NCBI GenBank assembly: GCA_963662795.1
Contig: OY759746.1
Location: 160,001-224,000, forward strand
Length of the DNA: 64,000 bases
DNA from: Spirochaetia bacterium
Lineage (GTDB): Bacteria > Spirochaetota > Spirochaetia > CADAEX01
Direction of reading: 5' to 3'
The position numbers and the translations under genes are program-made. This document shows positions 46,977 through 56,398 of the stretch, piece by piece. The stretch's first letter is position 1, and every line of letters begins with the position of its first letter. The notes under the pieces are model-generated. The model made no database searches. It saw only the letters and a list, made by a program, of their open reading frames with translations, and had not been told where the DNA came from.

Positions 46977-48263
46977 ATGAAAAAACTACTTTTTATTGCG
47001 CTGCTGTGTTTTCTCGCGGCCGCCCTTTTCGCGGGCGGAATTGAGAACAAGAACAACATGAGCGCCGGCTACCTGAGAAATCCAAGCAAAAATACAGAAA
47101 CAAACAAACCTGACGCGGTTTTCTACAATCCGGCAGGAACTGCCTTCATGGAAGAGGGCCTTTATATTGAACTTGGAAACCAGTTTTTATTCAAGGAATA
47201 TATGCACGATGCGACAGACATTGCGGCAGTTGATGACAAGTTTAAATCTACAGATCCTGTTCTGTTATACCCCAATGGAGAGATTGTATGGAATGCAGGG
47301 AAATTCGCACTTTTCGGGGCTTTAGGGGTTGCTGCAGGCGGCGGCGCTGCTGAATATTCAGACGGGTCAATTACAACAGTAGGGGCACTTTTGGGGTTAT
47401 ACGCAAAAATTGCTGCAGTCAGTGTACCTCTGGCAAATCTCATTGAAACTGATTCATCACTCAACCTTACAGCAGTAATTTTCGGTGAAACAATAGGAGC
47501 ATCCTATGCTGTAAACGACATGGTTTCCCTTTCTGCCGCGATAAGGCTTATCCAGGGAAAAATAACTATGAAGGCTGAGCTTGATGAAGAACCTAATGCA
47601 GCCTTAGTTACATATATTGATGACACTGTCCTTTTTGACGCAGAATCAACAGCAAAAGGCTATGGCTTTGTGTTCGGAATCCACGTAAAACCTACTGAAA
47701 AACTTGATGTAGCTATGCAGTACCAGACAAAGGTAGATCTTGAATATAAATATGACAAACTTGACGGAGTTCCTTTCTTCCTTACAGCTGTTGAAATGGA
47801 AAAAGGCGATAAATATAAAAAAGACATCCCTGCAATGCTCGGCGCAGGTGTGGGCTATCAGCTTCTTGACAAACTCTATGCAACTTTAAGTTTTAACTAC
47901 TACTTCAACAGTTCGGCGGATTTTGAGACAGGAACAATGGGCAATGAAAACGATTATGACAATTCATGGGAAGTTGCCCTCGGCGGGGAATATCAACTGA
48001 ACAAGATGGTTGCATTAAGCGCAGGTGCTTTCTATTCAAAACAGGGAATCAAGGATGATGAAAACTCGGCGGAAGTTCCGGTCCTCGACAGTGTTACTTT
48101 CGGGGCAGGGGCAGGCCTTAACTTTATTGAAGATCTTACAATTGATGTAGGATTAATGAAACCAATCTACTTTGACGCAGATTATGAATCATCAGCCGGA
48201 GATTTGACATTAAGCAAAAAACTTTTACTTGTGGCTATCGGCGCTACCTATAAACTTTTCTAG
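46977..48263 (+). CDS. Outer-membrane beta-barrel, FadL/OmpP1-like
   Basis: Signal peptide, DAVFYNPAG hatch motif, amphipathic strands, terminal Phe; ATG 46977 with AAGGAG RBS. Confidence 0.88.
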   Translation: MKKLLFIALLCFLAAALFAGGIENKNNMSAGYLRNPSKNTETNKPDAVFYNPAGTAFMEEGLYIELGNQFLFKEYMHDATDIAAVDDKFKSTDPVLLYPNGEIVWNAGKFALFGALGVAAGGGAAEYSDGSITTVGALLGLYAKIAAVSVPLANLIETDSSLNLTAVIFGETIGASYAVNDMVSLSAAIRLIQGKITMKAELDEEPNAALVTYIDDTVLFDAESTAKGYGFVFGIHVKPTEKLDVAMQYQTKVDLEYKYDKLDGVPFFLTAVEMEKGDKYKKDIPAMLGAGVGYQLLDKLYATLSFNYYFNSSADFETGTMGNENDYDNSWEVALGGEYQLNKMVALSAGAFYSKQGIKDDENSAEVPVLDSVTFGAGAGLNFIEDLTIDVGLMKPIYFDADYESSAGDLTLSKKLLLVAIGATYKLF

Positions 48264-48292
48264 CCTCAAGTCATTTATCTAAATGAGTAAGG

Positions 48293-48329
48293 ACCCGGAT
48301 CAGGGATTATCCCCCTTCCGGGTTTTTTT
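48293..48329 (+). terminator. Intrinsic terminator
   Basis: ACCCGGA...TCCGGGT followed by T-run. Confidence 0.75.
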
Positions 48330-48355
48330 GTGCCCGCCTGTCCTGCGGGATAAAA

Positions 48356-48763
48356 TCAGCTGATCAATGTAAACGGGTTAAAAAGCGGTATACCGAAATG
48401 CTCAAAATCCCTTATATTGCGTGTGGCAAGGACTAAACCCCGCCTCCAGGCTGCAGCCGCGATAAAGGCATCAGCCTGAGTAACTGTTATCCCGCCGGCA
48501 AAAAGACGGCCCCTTGCCTCCCCTGTCCAGACAGCAGTTTCAGTATCAATAGGTATAACCTCAGCATGATCTCCCATAAAACGGCGGAACCAGGCCGCTT
48601 TCTCAAGATAATTTTTCCTCATCAGGTCGGAAAGAATTTCTTCAGCTGTTATTACACTTATATTGATTTTTTTAATCTCCTTGAACCACTCAAGAACGCG
48701 CAAATCAGGATGCGGTTTCATTATTTCGCTTATTACATTGGTATCAGCAAGATAATTATTCAT
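48356..48763 (-). CDS. vapC: VapC family PIN-domain toxin
   Basis: DTNVISE, AEEI, DAFIAA, LATRNIRDF. Confidence 0.92.
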   Translation of the reverse strand: MNNYLADTNVISEIMKPHPDLRVLEWFKEIKKINISVITAEEILSDLMRKNYLEKAAWFRRFMGDHAEVIPIDTETAVWTGEARGRLFAGGITVTQADAFIAAAAWRRGLVLATRNIRDFEHFGIPLFNPFTLIS

Positions 48764-49023
48764 TTTACACTGCCTTCATAACCAGGTCTGTCGCTTCTGA
48801 CAGGAGTCTCAAAATCACCTTCCCGCAAATTTATATCAGCAAGTTCATCAAGCACGTGAGTCAGATCAGGCATAAAAACAGATTTATTTGAATTGTAAAG
48901 TTCCCAGTCAATAAGGACAGCCTCAGGTTTTCCGTGCCGCATAATAAGCTGGGGAGATTCATGGGTTAAATCAAGTATTTTTGATATTTTAAGTTTTGCT
49001 TCCGCTGCGTTCCATGAAGTCAT
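48760..49023 (-). CDS. Phd/YefM family antitoxin
   Basis: WNAAEAKLKIS..PQLIMRHGKPEAVLI; 4-nt overlap with the toxin gene. Confidence 0.9.
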   Translation of the reverse strand: MTSWNAAEAKLKISKILDLTHESPQLIMRHGKPEAVLIDWELYNSNKSVFMPDLTHVLDELADINLREGDFETPVRSDRPGYEGSVK

Positions 49024-49162
49024 AAAATCCTCCTGTTTTAATCAATTATAATATTCATTTGACCATTTATATAGATCATTTATAAAAATATTCTGATAAT
49101 TTGATTCAGTATACAAATGTGAATATAGACAAATTTTAATGAATCGGAATAATTAAACTACC

Positions 49163-50137
49163 ATGAAAATACTTATACAGATGAATATCAATTCCTATAT
49201 GGAATCAAAAATTGAAGAGCTTAAAAAGGCGCATAAAGACCTTGAAATTTTCACAGATACAAATTCCGCCCCCCTGGCTGAAATTGACATAATAACAGGC
49301 GGCCTTTTAACTGAAAAACTGATACAGCAGGCTTCCTCCCTTAAAATGGTATTTGTCCCCTTTGTCGGGGTAAACCATCTGCCGCTGGGTCTGCTTAGGG
49401 AAAGGGGAATAAGGATATGCAACTCACACGGCAACGACAGGTTTGTCGCCGAAAGGGTACTCGCACTGCTCCTTGCTTTTCACGGCAGGATAGTAGAGTT
49501 TCACAAGGCTCTTGAGAACGAAATATGGCACGGCTTCTGGGCCGGCGGCGGAGAAGAAGACACGTGGGATTCCCTATACAGGAAAAAGGTTACAATACTG
49601 GGAACAGGTGCGATCGGCAGGCAGACCGCAAAAATGCTCTCAGTCTTTGAAGCGGATGTAACAGGCTATAAAAAGCACTCTAAAGGGGAAGTTCCGGAAG
49701 GGTTTACAAGGATTGCTTCTTCCCTTGAGGATGCGGTAAAAGGGGCCGATATTCTGATAGTCGCAGTTCCGCTTACAGACGAGACAAGGGGAATGGTAAA
49801 CCGGGACATCATCAATCTCATGAAGGGAGGTGTAATCCTCAATATAGCAAGAGGCCCTGTGGTGGATGAGAAAGCCCTTTATGAGGCGCTGACAGATGGA
49901 AAGCTTAAAGGGGCGTGCATCGATGTCTGGTATACATATCCTGAGCCGGGAAACAAAGTTAAAGCGCCGGGCAATTACCCTTTTCACAAACTGCCGAATG
50001 TCGTTCTCTCCCCCCATGTGGGAGGCGGAACAAAAACTGCTTTCACTCTGGATATCAACCTCACCTTTGCCAACATCTCATCATACATAAGAAGCGGCAA
50101 AGTAAAAAATGAAATTGATATTACAGCGGGATACTGA
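49163..50137 (+). CDS. D-2-hydroxyacid dehydrogenase family protein
   Basis: GTGAIG, PLTDETRG, NIARGPVVDE, IDVW, SPHVGG. Confidence 0.92.
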   Translation: MKILIQMNINSYMESKIEELKKAHKDLEIFTDTNSAPLAEIDIITGGLLTEKLIQQASSLKMVFVPFVGVNHLPLGLLRERGIRICNSHGNDRFVAERVLALLLAFHGRIVEFHKALENEIWHGFWAGGGEEDTWDSLYRKKVTILGTGAIGRQTAKMLSVFEADVTGYKKHSKGEVPEGFTRIASSLEDAVKGADILIVAVPLTDETRGMVNRDIINLMKGGVILNIARGPVVDEKALYEALTDGKLKGACIDVWYTYPEPGNKVKAPGNYPFHKLPNVVLSPHVGGGTKTAFTLDINLTFANISSYIRSGKVKNEIDITAGY

Positions 50138-50169
50138 CCCGTGCACTTCTGGATGGAACAGGAGATTTT

Positions 50170-50667
50170 ATGAATAGCAATGTAATTACTGACATGATCC
50201 TGTATTTCAGGGATGACGCGAAAAGGATAAATCATGCGCTTAAAGTGCATGGTTTCGCACAGGCAATATGTGAATCCGAAGATGTTTCAGGTAATGAAAG
50301 GGAAATTGTTGAACTAACCGCCCTTCTGCATGATATCGGGATCAGGGAAGCCGAACGCAAATATAACTCTTCAGCCTGGAATTACCAGGAGACGGAAGGG
50401 CCGCCGGTTGCGAGGGAAATTCTTGAAAAAAACGGGATTACGGATAAAATTACAGAAAGGGTTTGCTTTATCATAGCTCATCATCACAGGTTTGATAAAA
50501 TTGACGGAATTGATTTTCAGATACTTGTTGAAGCGGATCTTCTTGTAAATATTTTTGAGGACGAAAGCGGAAGGGAGCGTGCTGAAAGTGTTAAAAACAG
50601 GGTTTTCAGGACTCCGGCGGGCAGAAAACTGCTTGATTCCATGTACCTCTCTCATAATTCTGCCTGA
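50170..50667 (+). CDS. HD domain protein
   Basis: HALKV, LHDIG, HHH, EAD. Confidence 0.9.
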   Translation: MNSNVITDMILYFRDDAKRINHALKVHGFAQAICESEDVSGNEREIVELTALLHDIGIREAERKYNSSAWNYQETEGPPVAREILEKNGITDKITERVCFIIAHHHRFDKIDGIDFQILVEADLLVNIFEDESGRERAESVKNRVFRTPAGRKLLDSMYLSHNSA

Positions 50668-50752
50668 TCTTCCTTCGGAATCTCCTTTTTCCTGTAAACA
50701 GGCACAATTACATAATACCGCCGCTTTGGATATAAAAAAATCCCTGCATTTT

Positions 50753-50812
50753 TGCAAATGACTTGCATTTTCTCCGATTCAGGCTTATATTTATTTTGCA
50801 AATGATTCGCAA
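50753..50812 (+). promoter_or_regulatory. Promoter flanked by two 7-1-7 Fur/Zur-type boxes
   Basis: TGCAAAT-G-ACTTGCA (50753-50767) and TGCAAAT-G-ATTCGCA (50797-50811); TTGCAT-17-TATATT (50763-50791). Confidence 0.75.
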
Positions 50813-50821
50813 GGAGGATTT

Positions 50822-51802
50822 ATGAAAAAATACAAAACAGCCTTTATAATACTGGCCTTACTAACAGCTGATTATGCCGCAGCTTCAGGCGGCGGGGAAA
50901 AGAATCAGCAGGAGGGCTATGAAAAACCGGTCATCGCGGTCAGTATCCTTCCCCAGGCATGGTTTGCCGAAAGGATTGCCGAAGAGAGGGCTTATACTGT
51001 TGTTCTTGTCGGGCCGGGCCAGAACCCCCATTCCTATGAGCCCACTCCCCGGCAGATGACTGATCTTTCCAGGGCAAAAGCATGGATACTCTCAAATACT
51101 GATTTTGAAAGAGCACTCATACCTAAAATCTCATCCCTTTATCCGTCACTCGAAATTGTAGACGGGACTAAAGGGGTTAAATTCAGAAAAATGGAGAATC
51201 ATGCGCATGAAGAGGAGACAGATCATGATTCAGGGGAAGACACGGATATCGGTGAAAAACCTACCCATCAAGAGGAGCCGGATCATGAATCCGGGGATGA
51301 CTTAAATATCGACAGGCACACCTGGCTTGGAAAGGAGCCCGCATTGATAATGGCCCGGCATATCAGGGACACACTTGTAAAACACGATCCTGCCGGTTCT
51401 GAGCTTTATAAGGGAAATTATAAAAAACTTGAAAAAGATATTAATGCGGTTTTCGATTCACTCAAGCCGGTTCTTGCGCCGCTTAAGGGAAAGACTGTTT
51501 TTGTATATCATCCCGCTTTCGGATACTTTCTTGACGACTTCGGGATAATGCAGGAAGCGGTTGAGACAGGGGGGAAAGAGCCGACATCAAAATCACTTTC
51601 AGAACTTGTCAGGAAAATAGATGAAGAGAATGTTTCAGTTTTATTTGTTCAGTCGCAGTTTCCGGTAAACGCGGCAAAAACCATAGCTTCGACTGTGGAG
51701 GCACAGGTAGTGTCTCTTGACCCGCTCGCGTATGACTGGCTTTCAAATATCACCCTGATGGGCAATGCTCTCGCAAAATCATCTGCAAAATTGCAGAAAT
51801 AA
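50822..51802 (+). CDS. znuA: Zinc ABC transporter substrate-binding protein
   Basis: PHSYEPTP, His/acidic loop, DRHTWL, YHPAFGYF, GKEP, LDPL. Confidence 0.92.
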   Translation: MKKYKTAFIILALLTADYAAASGGGEKNQQEGYEKPVIAVSILPQAWFAERIAEERAYTVVLVGPGQNPHSYEPTPRQMTDLSRAKAWILSNTDFERALIPKISSLYPSLEIVDGTKGVKFRKMENHAHEEETDHDSGEDTDIGEKPTHQEEPDHESGDDLNIDRHTWLGKEPALIMARHIRDTLVKHDPAGSELYKGNYKKLEKDINAVFDSLKPVLAPLKGKTVFVYHPAFGYFLDDFGIMQEAVETGGKEPTSKSLSELVRKIDEENVSVLFVQSQFPVNAAKTIASTVEAQVVSLDPLAYDWLSNITLMGNALAKSSAKLQK

Positions 51803-51815
51803 AAAGGGAATATTT

Positions 51816-52667
51816 ATGACCGGAACAGAAAAAAAAGCAGAAACTAAACAAAAAGCCACGGCAGAAATCTCAGCCGTCTCTCCTGTTGTGCTTCGCTTTA
51901 ATAATGTGGCTTTCTCATACAGGACGGGGCCGGTGCTTGAAAACGCCAGTTTTCATATACACAGGGGTGAATTTATAGCCCTGGTCGGACAGAACGGTGC
52001 AGGCAAAACAACTGTTTTAAAGCTTATACTGGGACTTGAAACACCGTCCGGCGGCAGCATTGAAATTTTCGGTAAAAACCCGTCAGCAGCAAGACAGAAA
52101 ATAGGTTATGTGCCGCAGCATGCCGATTATGACCAGACATTCCCCATATCAGTTATGGAAGTTGTAAGAATGGGACGCCTTCAGGTTTCATCACGGCGCT
52201 ATAATCAGGAGGACATCAATGCAGTACAGAAAGCGATGGAACAGACAGAAATAGCAGACCTCGCGCAAAGGCCTTACTCCGCACTGTCGGGCGGACAGCG
52301 GCGCCGGGTGCTTGTTGCCAGGGCGCTGGCGGGGAATCCTGAGCTGCTCATCCTTGATGAACCTTCGGCCAATATGGATATTGAAAGCGAGGGGCGCCTC
52401 TTTAATACGCTTGGGGAGCTTAAAGGGAAGACAACAATCCTTGTCGTGACCCATGATTCCGTGTTTGTTTCCGCCCTTACAGACAGGGTTTTATGCGTAG
52501 GAGGAAGAAGCAGGCTTAACGGAAAAGGACATTCCATTGCCCAGCACAGGGCCGCCCCGGCTGAAAACGCACCGCCGGACCTGTACGGAGGTGAAGTTTA
52601 CAAGGTTCTGCATGATGAAAACCTCCCCGGGGACAGTTGCTGTATTGAAAGCAGGGAGGCAAAATGA
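51816..52667 (+). CDS. znuC: Zinc ABC transporter ATP-binding protein
   Basis: GQNGAGKTT, GYVPQ, LSGGQRRR, ILDEP, VTHD. Confidence 0.92.
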   Translation: MTGTEKKAETKQKATAEISAVSPVVLRFNNVAFSYRTGPVLENASFHIHRGEFIALVGQNGAGKTTVLKLILGLETPSGGSIEIFGKNPSAARQKIGYVPQHADYDQTFPISVMEVVRMGRLQVSSRRYNQEDINAVQKAMEQTEIADLAQRPYSALSGGQRRRVLVARALAGNPELLILDEPSANMDIESEGRLFNTLGELKGKTTILVVTHDSVFVSALTDRVLCVGGRSRLNGKGHSIAQHRAAPAENAPPDLYGGEVYKVLHDENLPGDSCCIESREAK

Positions 52668-53560
52668 TCAGTTTTTTTACCGCATTATTCGACCCTTCAC
52701 TCTCATTCTTAAGAAACGCACTTGCGGCAGCTCTTCTTTCGTCTGTACTTTTCGGCGTCCTTGGCGCGGTTATTACAGTTAAACGGATCGCGGGACTCGC
52801 AGGGGCCATTTCCCATGCTGTTCTCGGCGGAATAGGCATGGCGCTCTATCTTTCCGCAAAGGGGATACTTCCGGGCCTTCCGCCGATTGCCGGAGCTGTT
52901 GTATTCGCGCTCCTTGCTGCAGTTATTATCGGGTTTGTATCTCTTAAGGCAAAACAGCGTGAGGATACGGTGATAAATGCCATATGGGCCATAGGCATGA
53001 GCATAGGTATCCTTTTCATGGCAAAAACCCCGGGGTATACAGATCCTTCGAGCTACCTGTTCGGTAATATACTGCTGATATCAGAATTCGATCTTATTTT
53101 ACTCGCAGTTCTGGATGTAACAGTTGTTGCCCTGGCCTGGAGGTTTTATCCCCAGATTGAAGCTATTTCCTTCGATAATGAATATGCCAAGGTAAGGGGT
53201 ATCCCGGTTGATACTGTTTTTCTCATATTACTCTGCATTACAGCTGTGGCCATAGTGCTGCTTCAAACCTTTGTCGGCATAGTCATGGTTATTGCTATGC
53301 TCACCCTGCCGGCCGGAACAGCTGGATATTTCGCCAGGAACCTTGCCGGAATGATGATCTTCGGGTGGCTTTTTTCAACAGTATTTGCCATCAGCGGCCT
53401 CGCGATGGGCTGGATATTCGATGTTCCGTCCGGAGCCCTTGTTGTGGTTACAGCCGGGGGAGTATTTCTCGGATTCGCAGCGGTTAGAGTGACAGCTGCA
53501 AGGCATAGAAGACAAAACGGGAAAATCCCTGAATATGCCGGGAGGCAGAATCATGACTAA
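52664..53560 (+). CDS. znuB: Zinc ABC transporter permease
   Basis: ISHAVLGG, YLFGNIL, SFDNEYA, VGIVMVIAMLTLPA. Confidence 0.92.
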   Translation: MISFFTALFDPSLSFLRNALAAALLSSVLFGVLGAVITVKRIAGLAGAISHAVLGGIGMALYLSAKGILPGLPPIAGAVVFALLAAVIIGFVSLKAKQREDTVINAIWAIGMSIGILFMAKTPGYTDPSSYLFGNILLISEFDLILLAVLDVTVVALAWRFYPQIEAISFDNEYAKVRGIPVDTVFLILLCITAVAIVLLQTFVGIVMVIAMLTLPAGTAGYFARNLAGMMIFGWLFSTVFAISGLAMGWIFDVPSGALVVVTAGGVFLGFAAVRVTAARHRRQNGKIPEYAGRQNHD

Positions 53561-53945
53561 AGCACGTGAAGCTGCCCTTGAGATTCTGAGAAACTCTGAT
53601 GAACCGCAGACAGCCGCGGCAGTATTTCAGCAGTCAGGAAACACCTGTGATCTCGCAACTGTCTACAGGACACTGCATTATCTGGAAAAACACGGCTATG
53701 CAGAATCCTTTGTCCTTTACTGCAATGAGCACGGCACAGAAAGGTATTATACCGCGCTTTCTGCCGGGGACTCAGGAGATAGAGCTCACAGACACTGGTT
53801 TCACTGCGAGGGGTGTCACAGGTTTATTGAAATAGGAAACTGCACAGTCAATTCCCTTGCAAGAGAGTTTGAAATTGAGCACAACCTGTCAGTCAGCCGT
53901 CATATCCTTTATTTTATCGGACGCTGCAGCAACTGCAGGCAATAA
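53553..53945 (+). CDS. zur: Fur family regulator (Zur-like)
   Basis: LATVYRTL, HRHWFHCEGC, GRCSNC; last gene of the znu operon. Confidence 0.85.
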   Translation: MTKAREAALEILRNSDEPQTAAAVFQQSGNTCDLATVYRTLHYLEKHGYAESFVLYCNEHGTERYYTALSAGDSGDRAHRHWFHCEGCHRFIEIGNCTVNSLAREFEIEHNLSVSRHILYFIGRCSNCRQ

Positions 53946-53959
53946 TCCATGACATTTAT

Positions 53960-54604
53960 TTACAGATTAAGGGTCATTCGGATAAAATCCGCCATATAAT
54001 GGCCGAATTTTATTTGTTCTTTATCGGAGAGATGAACACCGTCAAGTGGACTGCTTGAGACTACCTTGCCGGCATCAGCGAACTGGCAGCCGTTAAGTGC
54101 GGCCATATGCTTGTATTCATGATAAATCTGTTTTGATTTCAATATCTCGATCTGATACAGATATGCTTCCTCAAATTCCTCATGGATCTGGGGAGGCGCT
54201 GTTATGATTATTTCCTTCCCGGGGCATTTGAATTTTATGCGGTGGATCATCTTTTCCATTCCGCCGGCTATCTTTTTTACAGTTATTTCCCTGTCGGCAA
54301 AGAGATCGTTTATTCCCAGAAAAATAATGATTATATCAAAAAAAACCCGGTCAAGAAGACCTTCAAGATACTGAAGCCCGTTTGCAGGATTTTCACCCGG
54401 TATATGGTCTATCACAGTCCTGCCGTTAAAACCCTCTTCAATTACTTCAAACAGCGCGCCAAGGTCAGAGAGCATTACACACGGCCATCTTGTATTTTCA
54501 TCAAAACGGGAGCCTGACTGGGGGGAATATCCCCATGTGGTGGAAGAGCCGTAGCAGAGAATTATTTTTTTGGTGTTTCCGTCATCCGACATAGAAACAT
54601 TCAC
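53960..54604 (-). CDS. SGNH/GDSL hydrolase
   Basis: CYGSSTTWG, EEGFNGRT, LGIND, DGVH. Confidence 0.88.
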   Translation of the reverse strand: MNVSMSDDGNTKKIILCYGSSTTWGYSPQSGSRFDENTRWPCVMLSDLGALFEVIEEGFNGRTVIDHIPGENPANGLQYLEGLLDRVFFDIIIIFLGINDLFADREITVKKIAGGMEKMIHRIKFKCPGKEIIITAPPQIHEEFEEAYLYQIEILKSKQIYHEYKHMAALNGCQFADAGKVVSSSPLDGVHLSDKEQIKFGHYMADFIRMTLNL

Positions 54605-54806
54605 CTCTTCTCTCCGTACTTAGTTTATTACAGCTATATTATAGTATCGGAACATGCAATAAGAAAAGAAATGTTTATATATTCAGGATTATGGCTTTCC
54701 CCCGTGATAAAAAAGAATTAAATGATTTAAAGTTTTAAAAATTACTATTTCTTTATTTCCCCCCGTTCCCATGGAACAATTGCCAGGTAATAAAAAGGGG
54801 GTTTCG

Positions 54807-55826
54807 ATGAAGAACATTTTAAAATCAATTTTTTCAGTATTATTCATGGCAGCAATTCTGTTTTCTGCAGTTGCAGGAGGACAGAAGGATACAGGCGCTG
54901 CAGCCGGTGACACGGAAGTTAAGGCAACAGTCATAAAACTTGGGCACATTGCAGAGCCTTCACACCCATACGCACAGGGTGCGGAATATTTCGCCAAAAT
55001 GGTTAAGGAAAAGTCAGGCGGACTTATAGAAGTAAAGGTTTTCCCGTCTTCCCAGCTTGGCGGGCAGAAAGAACTTATTGAAGGTCTTACATACGGAACA
55101 GTAGATATGGCGCTTGTCGGCACTGCAGTGCTCGGTCAATTCCAGCCTCAGATATCAATTTTCGACCTTCCTTTTCTTTTCAGGGATCTGGACCATGCCT
55201 ATAAATCACTTGATACAGTTGGAATGGATATAGGAAAAGGTCTTGAATCACACGGTATAAAACTTCTAGGTTTCATGGAAAACGGAGTCAGGCATCTTAC
55301 AAACAGCACCAGAGAGGTTATAACACCTGGCGATATGAAAGGCCTTAAGATCAGGGTAATGACCAATCAGGTTTATATCAGCATGATGAAATCACTTGGT
55401 GCATCACCTACTCCAATGGCTTTCAGTGAACTTTATTCTGCATTACAGCAGGGAACTGTTGATGGACAGGAAAATCCGAGCGCTCACATTTATACACAAA
55501 GATTTTTCGAAGTCCAGAAATACGCCTCTAAAACAGCCCATGCATATGCTCCCGAACCTGTTCTTATCTCAATGAAAAAATGGAATGAAATGCCTGCAAA
55601 AAATCAGCAGATTATCCTTGATGCAGCAAAAGAAGCTGTCGCATGGCAGAGAAAGCTCTCTGCAGACGAGGATTCAGGATACTGGGACAAGATTATTGCA
55701 ACCGGCAAGATGAAAGTTACAGAAGTTGACAGAAAACCATTTATGGAAGCAACTCTTCCTGTATACAAGGAATTTGCAAACGTCGTAGGTCAGGCTAATA
55801 TTGACAGGATTCTGGCAATAAAATAA
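54807..55826 (+). CDS. dctP: TRAP transporter substrate-binding protein
   Basis: FPSSQLG, DLPFLF, NGVRH, GLKIRV, ELYSALQQGTVDGQENP. Confidence 0.93.
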   Translation: MKNILKSIFSVLFMAAILFSAVAGGQKDTGAAAGDTEVKATVIKLGHIAEPSHPYAQGAEYFAKMVKEKSGGLIEVKVFPSSQLGGQKELIEGLTYGTVDMALVGTAVLGQFQPQISIFDLPFLFRDLDHAYKSLDTVGMDIGKGLESHGIKLLGFMENGVRHLTNSTREVITPGDMKGLKIRVMTNQVYISMMKSLGASPTPMAFSELYSALQQGTVDGQENPSAHIYTQRFFEVQKYASKTAHAYAPEPVLISMKKWNEMPAKNQQIILDAAKEAVAWQRKLSADEDSGYWDKIIATGKMKVTEVDRKPFMEATLPVYKEFANVVGQANIDRILAIK

Positions 55827-55838
55827 ATACTTTCTCAC

Positions 55839-55870
55839 TCTCCTGATTCTGATTTTACAGTGTCAGGAGA
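55839..55870 (+). other. Intercistronic hairpin after dctP
   Basis: TCTCCTGA...TCAGGAGA; such hairpins are common after binding-protein genes. Confidence 0.45.
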
Positions 55871-55889
55871 ATATTAAGGCGGATTTTTA

Positions 55890-56393
55890 ATGGATAAATT
55901 ATTAAATATCATTTTCAACAGACTGCGCGGGATTTTATATTTTATATGTGTTACTTCACTTTCACTGATGCTGATAATAATTTTTACTCAGGTTGTGACA
56001 CGGTATATATTCAATTACACCTTTGACTGGTCTGAAGAATCAGCAAGATTTCTTTTTGTATGGACAGTATTTCTCGGTTCAGCGCTTATTATCGGAGAAA
56101 AAGGACATATGGCAGTTAAACTTTTATCCGATAAACTTAAAAATACATTGGCAGGTGCTGTTCTGAATATATTTATTCAATTATGCAGTCTTGTATTTAT
56201 ATCTATTCTGATTGTTCAGGGATCTAAAATGTCCAGGGTCATGATGTTTCAGACTTCACCCGCGTTAGGCATACCGATGGGATATGTTTATTCAATAATT
56301 CCTGTAACAGGTATACTTATGCTTCTCTATTTCATAAAAGATATAATCAATATTATCAGCAGAGCCAAAGCATTATCACGGGGAAAGGAGTAA
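55890..56393 (+). CDS. dctQ: TRAP transporter small permease
   Basis: QVVTRY, WSEESARFLFVW, GHMAV, SPALG. Confidence 0.93.
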   Translation: MDKLLNIIFNRLRGILYFICVTSLSLMLIIIFTQVVTRYIFNYTFDWSEESARFLFVWTVFLGSALIIGEKGHMAVKLLSDKLKNTLAGAVLNIFIQLCSLVFISILIVQGSKMSRVMMFQTSPALGIPMGYVYSIIPVTGILMLLYFIKDIINIISRAKALSRGKE

Positions 56394-56398
56394 TCAGG

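Noticed and set aside
48356-49023. Toxin-antitoxin pair as marker of a mobile element
   Set aside because: No integrase, transposase, tRNA or terminal repeats nearby
51207-51300. Duplicated HxEExDHxSGxD segment in ZnuA
   Set aside because: Variable His/acidic loops are ordinary in ZnuA proteins
53960-54604. GDS-to-GSS change suggesting an inactive SGNH hydrolase
   Set aside because: Nucleophile Ser, oxyanion Gly/Asn and DxxH are all retained
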